From the NCBI GenBank assembly GCA_005116955.1, contig SWDI01000002.1, forward strand, positions 416,954-480,953: DNA of 64,000 nt, written 5' to 3'. The position numbers and the translations under genes are program-made. The stretch is from Nitrospira sp. (GTDB lineage: Bacteria > Nitrospirota > Nitrospiria > Nitrospirales > Nitrospiraceae). The number at the start of each line of letters is the position of its first letter. The stretch's first letter is position 1. Shown one piece after another: positions 1-9,414 of this stretch. Below the pieces are notes generated by a model. It was not told the DNA's origin, did not search any database, and was given only the letters and a program-made list of their open reading frames with translations.

Positions 1-1060
1 GGCTGACATAGCTACTATCCGGAAAGACTCCGCCAATAGTCGCGCTGTTCTTTCCGGACGTGAGAATTCCGGCCACATTTAGGGAAGCGGTCAAGGTTTC
101 TGAAAGCTCATAGGAACCAGCAACCTCTCCCCGATTGGTCTGAATCAATAATCCGAATCCACTGGGGGCCAGATCTCGGGCAAAACTCACGTGTACTGTG
201 GCCTTCTCCCAATTCTTTGTCATGCTCGCTCCTGCCAACCACACTGTCTCGTGAGCCGTGATGGCACCAAGCGGAACCTGCGAGGTTGAAGACAAGAATT
301 TCGGACCACCGTTGATAGTCCCTGTCAGCGATTCAGAGAAGGCATGCGTAAAGCTCATGTTGATTCCAGGATAATTAGCTTGAAACCCAAACAGTGAACC
401 GGTCGTGCGGAAATCCGTATACGACCCCAATAATTGGATTTGATCCCGTTCACTCAGTTGATACTGGAGTCCGCCTGAACCACCCATTAATCGATAGTCA
501 ACCAACCTTGCAGTCTCATACGTGGTATCGGAAAACTGTACGCTCGATTGAAATGATAGCTTTTCGGTCAACTTCCTTGCCCACGTAGGGTTAAACGTCC
601 ACTGATTACGCTGAGCGAACTGTAGAACGACGCCCGTCTCTTGCAATTCGCTCAGCAACGTATTGTCACGCGTGAAGCCCCCGCTAAAACCGATCTGATC
701 CTTCTCGGTCTTATACCGTACGGACAACGGCGCAAAGACATTGGTAAACTGTCTGTCCTCTCCACCGAAATATCCGACCACATCCGCGGCAATCCGGCTA
801 CTGACATCAAGACGTTCGGTCTTGCCGGAAAACTCTGCTGCTGGAGTTACCCAATAGCCGTACGTCTTGTTGTGAGGTAGAGGGGTCAAGAGCAAGTTGC
901 TGTTATAGACCCCTTTGGCACCGATAGAAGGTGCGAGCGACCATTCAGCAGCCTCGCTTCTCGGCGCCATATTGGCCGTCATGGTCACCGCCACGAGAAC
1001 CAGATAGACAATGTCGCTTCGACTCCACCCATGAGCTCTTCCCTTGCAACTCGGTCGCAT
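1..1060 (-). CDS. Outer-membrane beta-barrel-like protein of the exosortase/EPS locus (partial, 3' end off-window)
   Basis: Not in the ORF track because there is no stop inside the window. My own minus-strand translation from the ATG at 1060 reads MRPSCKGRAHGWSRSDIVYLVLVAVTMTANMAPRSEAAEWSLAPSIGAKGVYNSNLLL... and stays open to position 1. It has a signal-peptide-like start followed by G/S/T/Y/F-rich alternating segments (e.g. GSYTDFRTTGSLFGFQANYPGINMSFTHAF), as in beta-barrels. It begins 14 nt after the stop of the export gene at 1075. Confidence 0.5.
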   Translation of the reverse strand, partial: MRPSCKGRAHGWSRSDIVYLVLVAVTMTANMAPRSEAAEWSLAPSIGAKGVYNSNLLLTPLPHNKTYGYWVTPAAEFSGKTERLDVSSRIAADVVGYFGGEDRQFTNVFAPLSVRYKTEKDQIGFSGGFTRDNTLLSELQETGVVLQFAQRNQWTFNPTWARKLTEKLSFQSSVQFSDTTYETARLVDYRLMGGSGGLQYQLSERDQIQLLGSYTDFRTTGSLFGFQANYPGINMSFTHAFSESLTGTINGGPKFLSSTSQVPLGAITAHETVWLAGASMTKNWEKATVHVSFARDLAPSGFGLLIQTNRGEVAGSYELSETLTASLNVAGILTSGKNSATIGGVFPDSSYVS

Positions 1061-1074
1061 AGACGTGGCGTCGG

Positions 1075-1677
1075 TCAAGGCACCATGACGACATCACCAC
1101 GCTGGAGAATGATATTCTGCTCCAGGTCCCTGCCTTTCCGCACATCTCCATAGCGAAAGGGAATAGCATATTGCTCCCCTCTCACTCGCCGCATGACCTT
1201 GATCTCGTTTTCCGCGGCAAACGGAGTGAGTCCACCAGCCAGGCTGAGTGCCTGCAGCACATCGGTGTAGTGGCCGATCACGTATTCACCCGGCTTATTG
1301 ACTCGCCCGATCACATAGACCTTGTAACTGATGACTTTCGTGACCGCGACGGACACATTGGGATTGGGAATATACTTTGTCAGCCGCCTCACGAGCTCGC
1401 TACGAATGTCCTCGACCGTTCGGTCTTCGGCCTGGATATCGCCGACGAGTGGAAATGAAAACATCCCGTCCGGACGGACAATGACTTCACGCGTCAGCTG
1501 TTCATCCTTCCACACTGACACCAGCAGAGTATCTTCGGCACCCAGCCGGTACCCTGGATCGACTTGCGCCACCACGGCGAGAGCCCCCCCCTCACCTGCA
1601 TACATCGGCATGCCTGATCCCACTACCGCCGCCACCATAAGCACAATACCCATCACTAATCGAACAACACGAGCCAT
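1075..1677 (-). CDS. Polysaccharide export protein (Wza-like, Poly_export + SLBB; short form typical of PEP-CTERM loci)
   Basis: 200 aa with signal peptide MARVVRLVMGIVLMVAAVVGSG. YRLGAEDTLLVSVW...VRPDGMFSFPLVGDIQAEDRTVEDIRSEL matches the Poly_export pattern, and VIGRVNKPGEY...LQALSLAGGLTPFA matches the SLBB pattern. Confidence 0.85.
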   Translation of the reverse strand: MARVVRLVMGIVLMVAAVVGSGMPMYAGEGGALAVVAQVDPGYRLGAEDTLLVSVWKDEQLTREVIVRPDGMFSFPLVGDIQAEDRTVEDIRSELVRRLTKYIPNPNVSVAVTKVISYKVYVIGRVNKPGEYVIGHYTDVLQALSLAGGLTPFAAENEIKVMRRVRGEQYAIPFRYGDVRKGRDLEQNIILQRGDVVMVP

Positions 1678-1686
1678 GGAATTCCC

Positions 1687-4119
1687 TTACCCCTTTATCT
1701 GCGCAAGAACCTGCTCTGCTTCCTGCCGTCCTTCGAACGAATCGGAACTCTTGAGCGCCTTTGAAAGATAGGTGCGGGCCTCAGCGCGCTGACCGGACTG
1801 AAAGAAGGCGATCCCAAGATGGTAATTCAGGACGGATATGTCCGGAGATTTGGCGACGGCACCTTTCATCAACCGAATGGCCTCGTCCTGTTGCCCCATC
1901 TTAAAGCGCACCCAACCGAGGGTATCAATAAAGAGCGGATGAGGCGCATCCCGTTCAAAATCTCGGCTGAGCGCAAAGGCCCTTTGTAAACTCGACGGAT
2001 CACGCTTGTGGTCCACGAGTAGAACGGCCAGGTTATTCGCCGCCAGTAAGTTGCGAGGATTCAGTCGCAAAGTTGCCTCATAGGCATCCATCGCAAAATC
2101 GATCTGCCCTTGCTCGGAGTGTGCAGAAGCCAACAGCATGTAGAGTTCTTCACTCTCAGGATTGGCCTTGAGCCCTTCTTCGAGGACCTGTACGGCGACA
2201 TCCGGTTTCTTCTGGGACAACGACAACGTGGCCCAGTTGAGCCACGGCGTCATCCACTTTGGATTCAGTCGGACGGCCTCACGATAGTGAAGTGCCGCCG
2301 CTTCATGCTCTCGTGTGAGCGACAAGACCTCCCCCAGCAATCCATGCACGAATGGATGGTCCTTACGGGACGCAAGAAGGGCTTCCAGGCGAGTTCTGGA
2401 CTGTTGGGCTTGTCCCAACGCCACTTCCACCTTCACGAGAGACAGCAGCGGCTCCGGTTCGTTCGGAGCCAGTGCCGTTGCGCGCTCGTAGGCTCGACTT
2501 GCCTCGCTCGGACGGCGCTGGGCCTCGTAAAACCGTCCTTCGGCCAGCAAGGCCACAGAATTATTGCCGCTGGAGATCTGACGAAGCCTTGTCAACGTCC
2601 GCTCAGCTCCAGGCCAGTTCTTCGTCACCAAGTCCAACGTCATCAGCATGTCGAGCGCGGTCACATCATCAGGACGCTGTTTGAGCAAGTCGTCGAGCCG
2701 GGCACGAGCCTGTTCGTAGCGGCCGCTTTTGCTCTCGATCACGGCGAGAGACCGTTTGGCATCCACCTGGTCCGGATACAGAGCGACCGCTCGCTCAAAA
2801 CTTTCTTTCGCAAGAGTAGTGTCTCCGGTCAGCTGATAGGCCTGGCCAAGAAGATAGTGAATCGTGGCCAACTCTGGCTGATCGTGCAGAACGGTGCGAA
2901 ACGCCTGCACCGCTTCTTTTCCGTTTCGTCTGGCCAATGCCATACGTCCTGTAAGAATCAGTCCGTCCGATGAGCGGGGATTGGCCTTCAATACCTCCTG
3001 GACGTAACGCTCCGCATCTACCTGCTTTCCCTCCACAAAATCCATCTCCGCCAGTTTGACTTTGGCTTCCAGTCCGACAGGTTTATCTGTGTACTCCTCG
3101 ACCAATAGCGCGTAGCGCTGACGAGCCTTGAGGTCCTGTCCGCTCTTTCTGTACAGCGCACTAAGCCCGAATTGGATGTGGGTGGAATGCGGGATTTGCG
3201 CCGCCGCATCAAGAAGCACCTGTTCGGCAGCGGCCATATTTTTTGCGTTCACAAACAACTCCGCGAGCATGATCCGCCGCTGTTCGCTATTTGGATCCAG
3301 TGTGATTGCCTCTCGCAACACAGCTTCCGCTTTATTGTGAGCCCCCTGTCCGACATAGAAGCGGGCAAGTCTCACCCGATGATCAATGGATGTCGGTTCA
3401 GCCGCGACCATCAACCGCATCACAGCCTCGGAACCGGCCATATTATTAGCTTGCGTCAAGATCCTGCTCAAATTAATCAAAAGATCCAGATCCCTCGGAT
3501 GGGAGTCAAGGGCACGCCTCAACGTCGTCTCCGCTTCCCGATAGCGCCGTTGTTGGCCGTACAATGTCGCGAGTAGGACGGCGACATCTGGTTCTGTTGG
3601 AAACTCCTTCGCCAGTGACTCCGCGTTGGGAATGACCGAAGGAATGGCTGCTTCCGTTACGGCCTGTGCTGCGATTTTCAGCGCACTGGCCTGCGGATGG
3701 CTGGGATTGTTTTTGAGCACCATATCCGCTGCTTGAACCACCTGCTCCGTCAGTCTCGCTTCAAGATAGTACTTCGCGAGAGTAATGAGGGCGGCCGTGT
3801 GATCGGGAACCAGGCGTACAGCCTCCTGATACAGCTGAACGGCATTGCGCCAGTTTTTCTCTTTCTCTTCGACTTGAGCAAAGAGATAGTAGGCCTCCGC
3901 GTCTTTGGGATCGATCTTCAGGACGTTTCTCAGGGCGACCCGTGCCTTGGGATAATTGGCCGCCTCCATGTACTCATTCGCCTTGGCTAAGTACTTCGCT
4001 TTTCTTTCCTCCGGGCCACCGCACGCCGCCAGCGTGACGACGGTGAGAAGAACAATGCCGCTCATCACACGCATGCCAGACAACTCTCGACCACTGATGT
4101 GCAAAACTGATGTACTCAT
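1687..4119 (-). CDS. prsT: PEP-CTERM system TPR-repeat lipoprotein
   Basis: 810 aa with a lipoprotein signal (LLTVVTLAACGG) followed by uninterrupted TPR repeats. It sits next to the exosortase and export genes, the arrangement described for XrtA loci. Confidence 0.75.
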   Translation of the reverse strand: MSTSVLHISGRELSGMRVMSGIVLLTVVTLAACGGPEERKAKYLAKANEYMEAANYPKARVALRNVLKIDPKDAEAYYLFAQVEEKEKNWRNAVQLYQEAVRLVPDHTAALITLAKYYLEARLTEQVVQAADMVLKNNPSHPQASALKIAAQAVTEAAIPSVIPNAESLAKEFPTEPDVAVLLATLYGQQRRYREAETTLRRALDSHPRDLDLLINLSRILTQANNMAGSEAVMRLMVAAEPTSIDHRVRLARFYVGQGAHNKAEAVLREAITLDPNSEQRRIMLAELFVNAKNMAAAEQVLLDAAAQIPHSTHIQFGLSALYRKSGQDLKARQRYALLVEEYTDKPVGLEAKVKLAEMDFVEGKQVDAERYVQEVLKANPRSSDGLILTGRMALARRNGKEAVQAFRTVLHDQPELATIHYLLGQAYQLTGDTTLAKESFERAVALYPDQVDAKRSLAVIESKSGRYEQARARLDDLLKQRPDDVTALDMLMTLDLVTKNWPGAERTLTRLRQISSGNNSVALLAEGRFYEAQRRPSEASRAYERATALAPNEPEPLLSLVKVEVALGQAQQSRTRLEALLASRKDHPFVHGLLGEVLSLTREHEAAALHYREAVRLNPKWMTPWLNWATLSLSQKKPDVAVQVLEEGLKANPESEELYMLLASAHSEQGQIDFAMDAYEATLRLNPRNLLAANNLAVLLVDHKRDPSSLQRAFALSRDFERDAPHPLFIDTLGWVRFKMGQQDEAIRLMKGAVAKSPDISVLNYHLGIAFFQSGQRAEARTYLSKALKSSDSFEGRQEAEQVLAQIKG

Positions 4120-4148
4120 AAGCCTAGGTTATTACGTAACCCGTCTTG

Positions 4149-5783
4149 CTACAACAAAATCCGAATTCCGAGCCCAAACAGAATCCAGAGCGATACAAGG
4201 CCAAGCTGTCGGACACGGTTGGCAAACGCATGGAGCAGTAACTCAAACGAAAAGAAGAGCACCATCAGCTTGGCGGCGAAGATACCCAGATGCGCAATAT
4301 CGGCGCTCACTTCGGGAAGCAGCGGGAAGGTCACCGCCAAGAACACCATCAGATAATCGAGCGGTGTGGTTTGAAAGCGGTTCTCCTCGTTGAACCGGAG
4401 ACTCAAGAGGACCATGACGGCCACCACGACAAAAAATGCATTGTGGACCATCGCGACCGCGGACATGGACCGATACCGCGACGCCTCACAGACATAGAGG
4501 AGGAAAGTCGTCCCGACGTAGAGCCCACCACGAACAAAGTACGGCGCAATCCGAGGAGAGAACGAGAGGCCGAGTAACACAATCCCAAAAATGATGATCG
4601 AGAGGTACCCGACATCGGCCGGCACATTCGATGGGACAAATACCAGCACAATGAGGAAACATGGCACCGTCACGGCCAGAAACCGCATGGGCAGATCCGT
4701 CAACCATGGCCCACTCATCACTCGCCTCACGACCACATTCGAGAGGAAATGACCACTTTGTGCCGTGAGACTGGGTAGCAGTCCTCGCCCTGCTGCGATG
4801 AACAGCATCAAGACCGATCCCGCAATCGTGAGATAGAGTACTAGGACAACCAGCTCAGACTGCCATCGTAGGATATAGGCCAAGCTCAACATGCTTGCCT
4901 GAATCACATAGATGACGGTCACGGCCTCATAGTGCGTGAATCCAAAGCGAAGCAATTTATGGTGAATGTGCGCCCGGTCGCCGACGAATGGAGAACGGCC
5001 TTCTGCCAACCGCTGTCCTGTCACGCCGAGCGTGTCCAGAAACGGCAACCCCAACAGAAAGAATGCGAGGCTGGGAGTGAACGGACCATGTGACGAATCC
5101 GTCAACAAAACGGCCAGCACGCCCATGATGAAGCCCAACAATTGACTGCCGCCATCTCCCATAAAAATGCGAGCCGGATAGGTGTTATAGCGTAGGAATC
5201 CTAAAAGCCCGCCAAGAAATGGGACCGTCAAGAACAAGACAGTCGAATCATTGGAAAGATAGGCCAAATAGGCAATCCCAGATAGCGTAAGGAATGACAG
5301 CCCACCAGCCAACCCATCCAGCCCATCCGTCAGATTGACAGCGTTGGACACACTGACAAGAAACAGAACGGTGACACACATCCCGGCCCATGCCGGCACC
5401 TCTACATCAGGGAGAAACGGAAGAGTGGTAAACCAGATATCCCCACCTAACACCACGGCAAGAGCGGCGAACAGCTGGCCAACGAGTTTGCTTCGATAGC
5501 TAAGATCAACACGGTCATCCCAGACTCCGAACCCCACGATGATCACACAGCCCAGCAGAACCGACAGCGTCACGGCATCCTTCTCGCCCCACCAGACGAT
5601 CGACGCGCAGGCGCCGACAGCAAAAGCAATCCCGCCGATCCGTGGAATCGGATGTTCGTGAACTTTCCGCCCTCCAGGCTGATCCATGATCTGCAACCGC
5701 GCCGCCATGAGACGCAGGAGCGGGATCAGCGCCATGCACACAAGCAAGGCGGTCATGGAACTAAAAAACAGCTCGTTCACCAT
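4149..5783 (-). CDS. Undecaprenyl-phosphate HexNAc-1-phosphate transferase (WecA/MraY, glycosyltransferase family 4) with extra C-terminal membrane domain
   Basis: 544 aa, polytopic. It carries the MraY/WecA signatures VWDDRVDLS, NAVNLTDGLDGLAGG and FMGDGGSQLLGF. The roughly 200 C-terminal residues are additional hydrophobic helices not expected in WecA. Confidence 0.8.
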   Translation of the reverse strand: MVNELFFSSMTALLVCMALIPLLRLMAARLQIMDQPGGRKVHEHPIPRIGGIAFAVGACASIVWWGEKDAVTLSVLLGCVIIVGFGVWDDRVDLSYRSKLVGQLFAALAVVLGGDIWFTTLPFLPDVEVPAWAGMCVTVLFLVSVSNAVNLTDGLDGLAGGLSFLTLSGIAYLAYLSNDSTVLFLTVPFLGGLLGFLRYNTYPARIFMGDGGSQLLGFIMGVLAVLLTDSSHGPFTPSLAFFLLGLPFLDTLGVTGQRLAEGRSPFVGDRAHIHHKLLRFGFTHYEAVTVIYVIQASMLSLAYILRWQSELVVLVLYLTIAGSVLMLFIAAGRGLLPSLTAQSGHFLSNVVVRRVMSGPWLTDLPMRFLAVTVPCFLIVLVFVPSNVPADVGYLSIIIFGIVLLGLSFSPRIAPYFVRGGLYVGTTFLLYVCEASRYRSMSAVAMVHNAFFVVVAVMVLLSLRFNEENRFQTTPLDYLMVFLAVTFPLLPEVSADIAHLGIFAAKLMVLFFSFELLLHAFANRVRQLGLVSLWILFGLGIRILL

Positions 5784-5815
5784 AGATGCACTCTTAACGC
5801 CTTACTCACAACGAT

Positions 5816-7390
5816 TCAGTCTGGCACGAACCTCGTCAATTCCCGCTCAGCTACAACCGCGAACTCCTGAAGCCGTTGGTCAACTGTGGACTCAGATTCC
5901 CCCGAACCAACCAACGAGGCCAATCTCACAAGAGCCCCGTCAGTCCGTTGTCGAGAAAAGGCATCCCACAATAAGTAGACCTTGACCAGGTATTCATTGG
6001 TGAGATGTCGCTCGCGTTGCTTGAACCAGTACAAGACGATTTGTTTCTGATCCCCTTTCTGAATAACCGCCCGATTGACCCTGCGCGGCTGCATCATGCC
6101 CTGCGACATCGGCAGATCTCGTTGTGTCAGAGACGCGATCTCCCATCCCCCACCAGGTAGACAGCTGTGAGGCGAATGAGCCGATTGCCCCTTCCGTTGT
6201 GATCGGTAGTAGGCAGCGTAGAAATTCACCGGCTGTTCCTTATCGGACCGATAATCGGCGAGCACATAATCGTCAAAACGCAGGGCATCAATGTATTGTT
6301 GTTCCAGAGCAAAGGGTGCGCCTTGCCACCCATCGATCAGCATTGGAAAGTCGACGAATGCCGTTCGCGGAGGAGCCATTTCTTCACGATCCACAACCAC
6401 GGTCGAGAAAAGAGTAAACGGCGCGAGCAAGGCGACACTACACAGATAGGCCCGGCCCGAAGCCGATTGGATTCGGCATGGAACGCTTGGCACGGCTGGA
6501 TGGGTGTTATCTTCTGATCGCTCCCTCCAGGTAAATTGCTCGAGAAATGGCTTTCCGACTCGTGATGTCCCAACTCTTCCCAACAGTTCCATTTCCAGGA
6601 TCAACAGTCCGAGGCTCACCATAAAGATCACCCATCCCTCAAAGAGATGGTAAAAACCTTCCGCGGCTCCCTTCCCATAGAGATCAACTAAAACCCCAAT
6701 CATGCCGATGCGAAAGCCATTAATCAGGATGGAAATCGGGATGGCTGACAGCACGAGGACAATCCGTTTCCACATCCGATCTTTGAATAAATACGCGCAG
6801 AGAAGCGCGAGAGAAGTCAGTGGAAGAAGGTATCGAATCCCGCTACACGCTTCGACGACTTGCAGCTGCACTGGTCCAAGATCAATAACATTGCCCTCTT
6901 GAAATGCCATCACGCCGACAAGCTGCAAGCAGCCAACACCGAGCGATGACGACCACAGTTGAAGCTGGCTCGACAGATTCGCATTGATAAACGTCGGGAG
7001 CGGGATGGCGGTCAGAAGATAGCCGAGAGGAAACGCGATGACCTTCGCCCCGCGAATCCCAAGCAGTGTGATGGCCAATCCAACGATCACCATCCACAAC
7101 GAGAAATGGAGAACGATAAACAGTGTGGACAATTCCCCAACCACGTAGAGCATGAGACCCAGCGCGATGACCGCAAGACCCAACCATGACTTCTCCCTCG
7201 CAATATGGCTGAGCCGGAGCCTGGCTTGCCAAATCAAATACCCACTAATGAACGGCACAAAGATTCCGTGACTAGAATCTTCGGTGCCAACCCAGCGGCT
7301 GAACAAGAAGACAAGACTGTCCGCATACATGTAGCCCAATAGCGCCACGACCAGGGCTGAAGTGAAGAGAAGAGAGCGATTGCTAGTCAT
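5816..7390 (-). CDS. xrtA: Exosortase (EpsH/XrtA-type) fused to an EpsI-family C-terminal domain
   Basis: 524 aa. The N-terminal polytopic half carries the exosortase catalytic signatures VEACSGIRYLLP (Cys), INGFRIG (Arg) and YHLFEGW (His). The soluble C-terminal ~200 aa (FYAAYYRSQRKGQSAHSPHSCLPGGGWE) resembles EpsI. PrsT and PEP-CTERM cargo genes are adjacent. Confidence 0.8.
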   Translation of the reverse strand: MTSNRSLLFTSALVVALLGYMYADSLVFLFSRWVGTEDSSHGIFVPFISGYLIWQARLRLSHIAREKSWLGLAVIALGLMLYVVGELSTLFIVLHFSLWMVIVGLAITLLGIRGAKVIAFPLGYLLTAIPLPTFINANLSSQLQLWSSSLGVGCLQLVGVMAFQEGNVIDLGPVQLQVVEACSGIRYLLPLTSLALLCAYLFKDRMWKRIVLVLSAIPISILINGFRIGMIGVLVDLYGKGAAEGFYHLFEGWVIFMVSLGLLILEMELLGRVGTSRVGKPFLEQFTWRERSEDNTHPAVPSVPCRIQSASGRAYLCSVALLAPFTLFSTVVVDREEMAPPRTAFVDFPMLIDGWQGAPFALEQQYIDALRFDDYVLADYRSDKEQPVNFYAAYYRSQRKGQSAHSPHSCLPGGGWEIASLTQRDLPMSQGMMQPRRVNRAVIQKGDQKQIVLYWFKQRERHLTNEYLVKVYLLWDAFSRQRTDGALVRLASLVGSGESESTVDQRLQEFAVVAERELTRFVPD

Positions 7391-7515
7391 ACGACAGAGT
7401 CACTCACACCATGATGAGAAATGAGTCACACGAGCTACGTCGGTCCTGAAGAGTGGGGCGAGACCTGATTATCTAGGGTACCCGTCGATCTGTCGATTAA
7501 TTTTGAAGAACGAAC

Positions 7516-7547
7516 GGGCTTGATACCGCGTGATGGGTATCAAGCCC
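7516..7547 (-). terminator. Hairpin downstream of PEP-CTERM gene 1 (putative intrinsic terminator)
   Basis: GGGCTTGATACC (7516-7527) pairs with GGTATCAAGCCC (7536-7547) across an 8-nt loop, 26 nt after the stop. On the minus strand it is followed by GTTCGTTCTTC. A homologous hairpin follows the paralogue. Confidence 0.5.
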
Positions 7548-7572
7548 TAGTCGTCAAAAACGAAGTTTCTGA

Positions 7573-8268
7573 TTATGCCTTGGCCCCGCGGATATTTCTT
7601 AACCCTCCCGCTCCCAGCCCAACCAGCGAAATCAGACCAGCGCCGAACAGAAGCACAGCCGCCGGCAAAGGAACCGCGGTTAACGAGGTCACAACTCCAG
7701 AAACTCCTCCCGCCACACCATCAGGTCCAAATGCCAGTCGAAACTCGTTAAAGGCTAAGGAGGACAAACTTGGGGCAGACATTGGCAAAGCATCGCTGAC
7801 CAAAAGATTGCTTGGTCCCACAAGTGCAATGCCAAAGAGCCGGGGACCCAAGAAATTCCCATTGAAATTCTCATTAGCACCATTCAGCTCTTCCATGAGC
7901 GCGAAAACACCATCCAGTCCCTTGAGATCTGGCGAATCATTCAAGAATTGGGTGCTTCCTGCAAGAGAAGGTCCCAGCGTGGCCGTGTAGCCTCCAATTG
8001 TCAGGGTGAAACTTTCGACACCGTAGAGCCCGGAGGAGCTGTCGCCAGGATGTTGATCCACCAGGTCCATGTCGAAAGTCATGGAGCCTTTCATCGTCAT
8101 AGAGTTATTGAATCGTGGTGACACTAGCGGGTCGACTCGCGTCACGTCCCCAGTAAAGTTATAGGTAATTGATGCCGCCATGGCTGGCGTGGCCACCAAG
8201 CCGCTGCACAGTAGCAGCCCAGCCGCCAATATGCCCCCTCTCCTAAACCATGGATTACTCATCTGCAT
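7573..8268 (-). CDS. PEP-CTERM (VPLPA-variant) sorting-signal protein, exosortase cargo 1
   Basis: The start is placed at MQMSNPWFRRGGILAAGLLLCSGLVATPAMA (signal peptide), preceded by AAGGAG 7 nt upstream. The C-terminus is LTAVPLPAAVLLFGAGLISLVGLGAGGLRNIRGAKA, i.e. motif + TM helix + basic tail. Confidence 0.85.
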   Translation of the reverse strand: MQMSNPWFRRGGILAAGLLLCSGLVATPAMAASITYNFTGDVTRVDPLVSPRFNNSMTMKGSMTFDMDLVDQHPGDSSSGLYGVESFTLTIGGYTATLGPSLAGSTQFLNDSPDLKGLDGVFALMEELNGANENFNGNFLGPRLFGIALVGPSNLLVSDALPMSAPSLSSLAFNEFRLAFGPDGVAGGVSGVVTSLTAVPLPAAVLLFGAGLISLVGLGAGGLRNIRGAKA

Positions 8269-8450
8269 ATCACCGCTCCTTCTCGAAGTTGCACCATAAG
8301 AAACACGTATCAATTAGTAGCAATGGGATGATAGCTGAGCAAATCCCAGACCATTCGTTGAACCTTCTATGTGACTGAAAGCAAAGAATGGCGAGACAGG
8401 TTCTCTAAATCGACGTTGTGCACATTCCTTCTACGATGTTCAATTATGTA
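8269..8450 (-). promoter_or_regulatory. Conserved ~180-nt upstream leader/promoter block of PEP-CTERM gene 1
   Basis: Aligns by eye along most of its length with 9229-9414 upstream of the paralogue. Shared blocks on the plus strand are TCACCGCTCCTTCT, GTAGCAATGGGATGAT.GCT.AGCAAATCCCAGACC and GTTCAATTATGTA. The minus-strand reading TACATAATTGAAC contains a -10-like CATAAT. Confidence 0.4.
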
Positions 8451-8499
8451 AATATCTTATGCTACCCGGCGATCTGTCGATTGATTGCGGAGAAAGAAC

Positions 8500-8531
8500 G
8501 GGCTTGATACCCCGCTCGGGATATCAAGCCC
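8500..8531 (-). terminator. Hairpin downstream of PEP-CTERM gene 2 (putative intrinsic terminator)
   Basis: GGGCTTGATA (8500-8509) pairs with TATCAAGCCC (8522-8531). On the minus strand it is followed by GTTCTTTCTCC. It is homologous to 7516-7547. Confidence 0.5.
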
Positions 8532-8556
8532 CAACTGTCAGAAACGAGATTCTCGA

Positions 8557-9228
8557 CTACGCCTTGGCCCCGCGGAGATTTCTCAAACCTCCCGCACCCA
8601 GACCAACCAGCGAGATCAGGCCCGCACCGAATAGAAGCACTGCGGCTGGCAATGGAACTGCTGTCAGCTGATTGATCGCACCACGCACGTTCACTTCATT
8701 ACCGGTAAGATCCGAAAAGGTGAGCCGCCATCTCGTGCCCGTCAGGGATGCGAGGCTCGGAGGATTCTGCAGATTCGTACCTGTGAATGCTCCGCCGGTG
8801 TCATGATCAAGCTGCAGGTCAAATCGCGCAGCCGAATATCCGCTAGGCAATACCCCACCGGTCACATCCGTGGCTAGACGCCACCGATCACCAAACCCCA
8901 CATTGTCAAACAGGGTAATGGTATTCGATCCTACCGTATAGGATGCGGTATAACCTCCAATCTGAACAATCAGGCCCGTCACCGCGCCAGGGTAATTCCC
9001 AACGTGCGGACCGCTTGTCCCAGCGGTGGCGTTGTCAAATTGAAATGCACCTGAGACCGAGGAGGTCAGGTTCATCGTTGGCGAAAGCAGGGCTCCGCTG
9101 ATGTTGCTGACAGTCCCATTAAATGAATAGTCCACCAAGGCTGCTTGTGCCGCACCGATCTGAACCGAAACGACACATATCGCGGCAGCCGGCAGCAGAA
9201 GTCCTCTCCTAAACCACTGTTTCATCAT
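8557..9228 (-). CDS. PEP-CTERM (VPLPA-variant) sorting-signal protein, exosortase cargo 2
   Basis: The start is placed at MMKQWFRRGLLLPAAAICVVSVQIGAAQA, preceded by the same GAAGGAGCGGTGATA leader as gene 1. The C-terminus LTAVPLPAAVLLFGAGLISLVGLGAGGLRNLRGAKA is almost identical to gene 1, while the mature domain is diverged. Confidence 0.85.
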   Translation of the reverse strand: MMKQWFRRGLLLPAAAICVVSVQIGAAQAALVDYSFNGTVSNISGALLSPTMNLTSSVSGAFQFDNATAGTSGPHVGNYPGAVTGLIVQIGGYTASYTVGSNTITLFDNVGFGDRWRLATDVTGGVLPSGYSAARFDLQLDHDTGGAFTGTNLQNPPSLASLTGTRWRLTFSDLTGNEVNVRGAINQLTAVPLPAAVLLFGAGLISLVGLGAGGLRNLRGAKA

Positions 9229-9414
9229 CTCTATCACCGCTCCTTCTAGAGGTTGACACATAAGGAACACATATCAGTCGGTAGCAATGGGATGATTGCT
9301 CAGCAAATCCCAGACCACCGAATGCACCGTGCATGTCACTGAAAAATAAAGAGCACGATGGAAGCTTGCATCGGCAACTGTGTGCATGTCCCCACAACGT
9401 CGTTCAATTATGTA
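9229..9414 (-). promoter_or_regulatory. Conserved upstream leader/promoter block of PEP-CTERM gene 2
   Basis: Paralogous to 8269-8450. It contains the perfect palindrome TTGCTCAGCAA (9296-9306) nested in GGGAT...ATCCC. A possible minus-strand promoter TTGCCG-N18-CATAAT lies within 9404-9435. Confidence 0.4.

Noticed and set aside
2110-2973. 287-aa plus-strand ORF, and other plus-strand ORFs between 1171 and 4393
   Set aside because: They are antisense to the TPR lipoprotein and export genes, and the TPR repeat reading on the minus strand is unambiguous.
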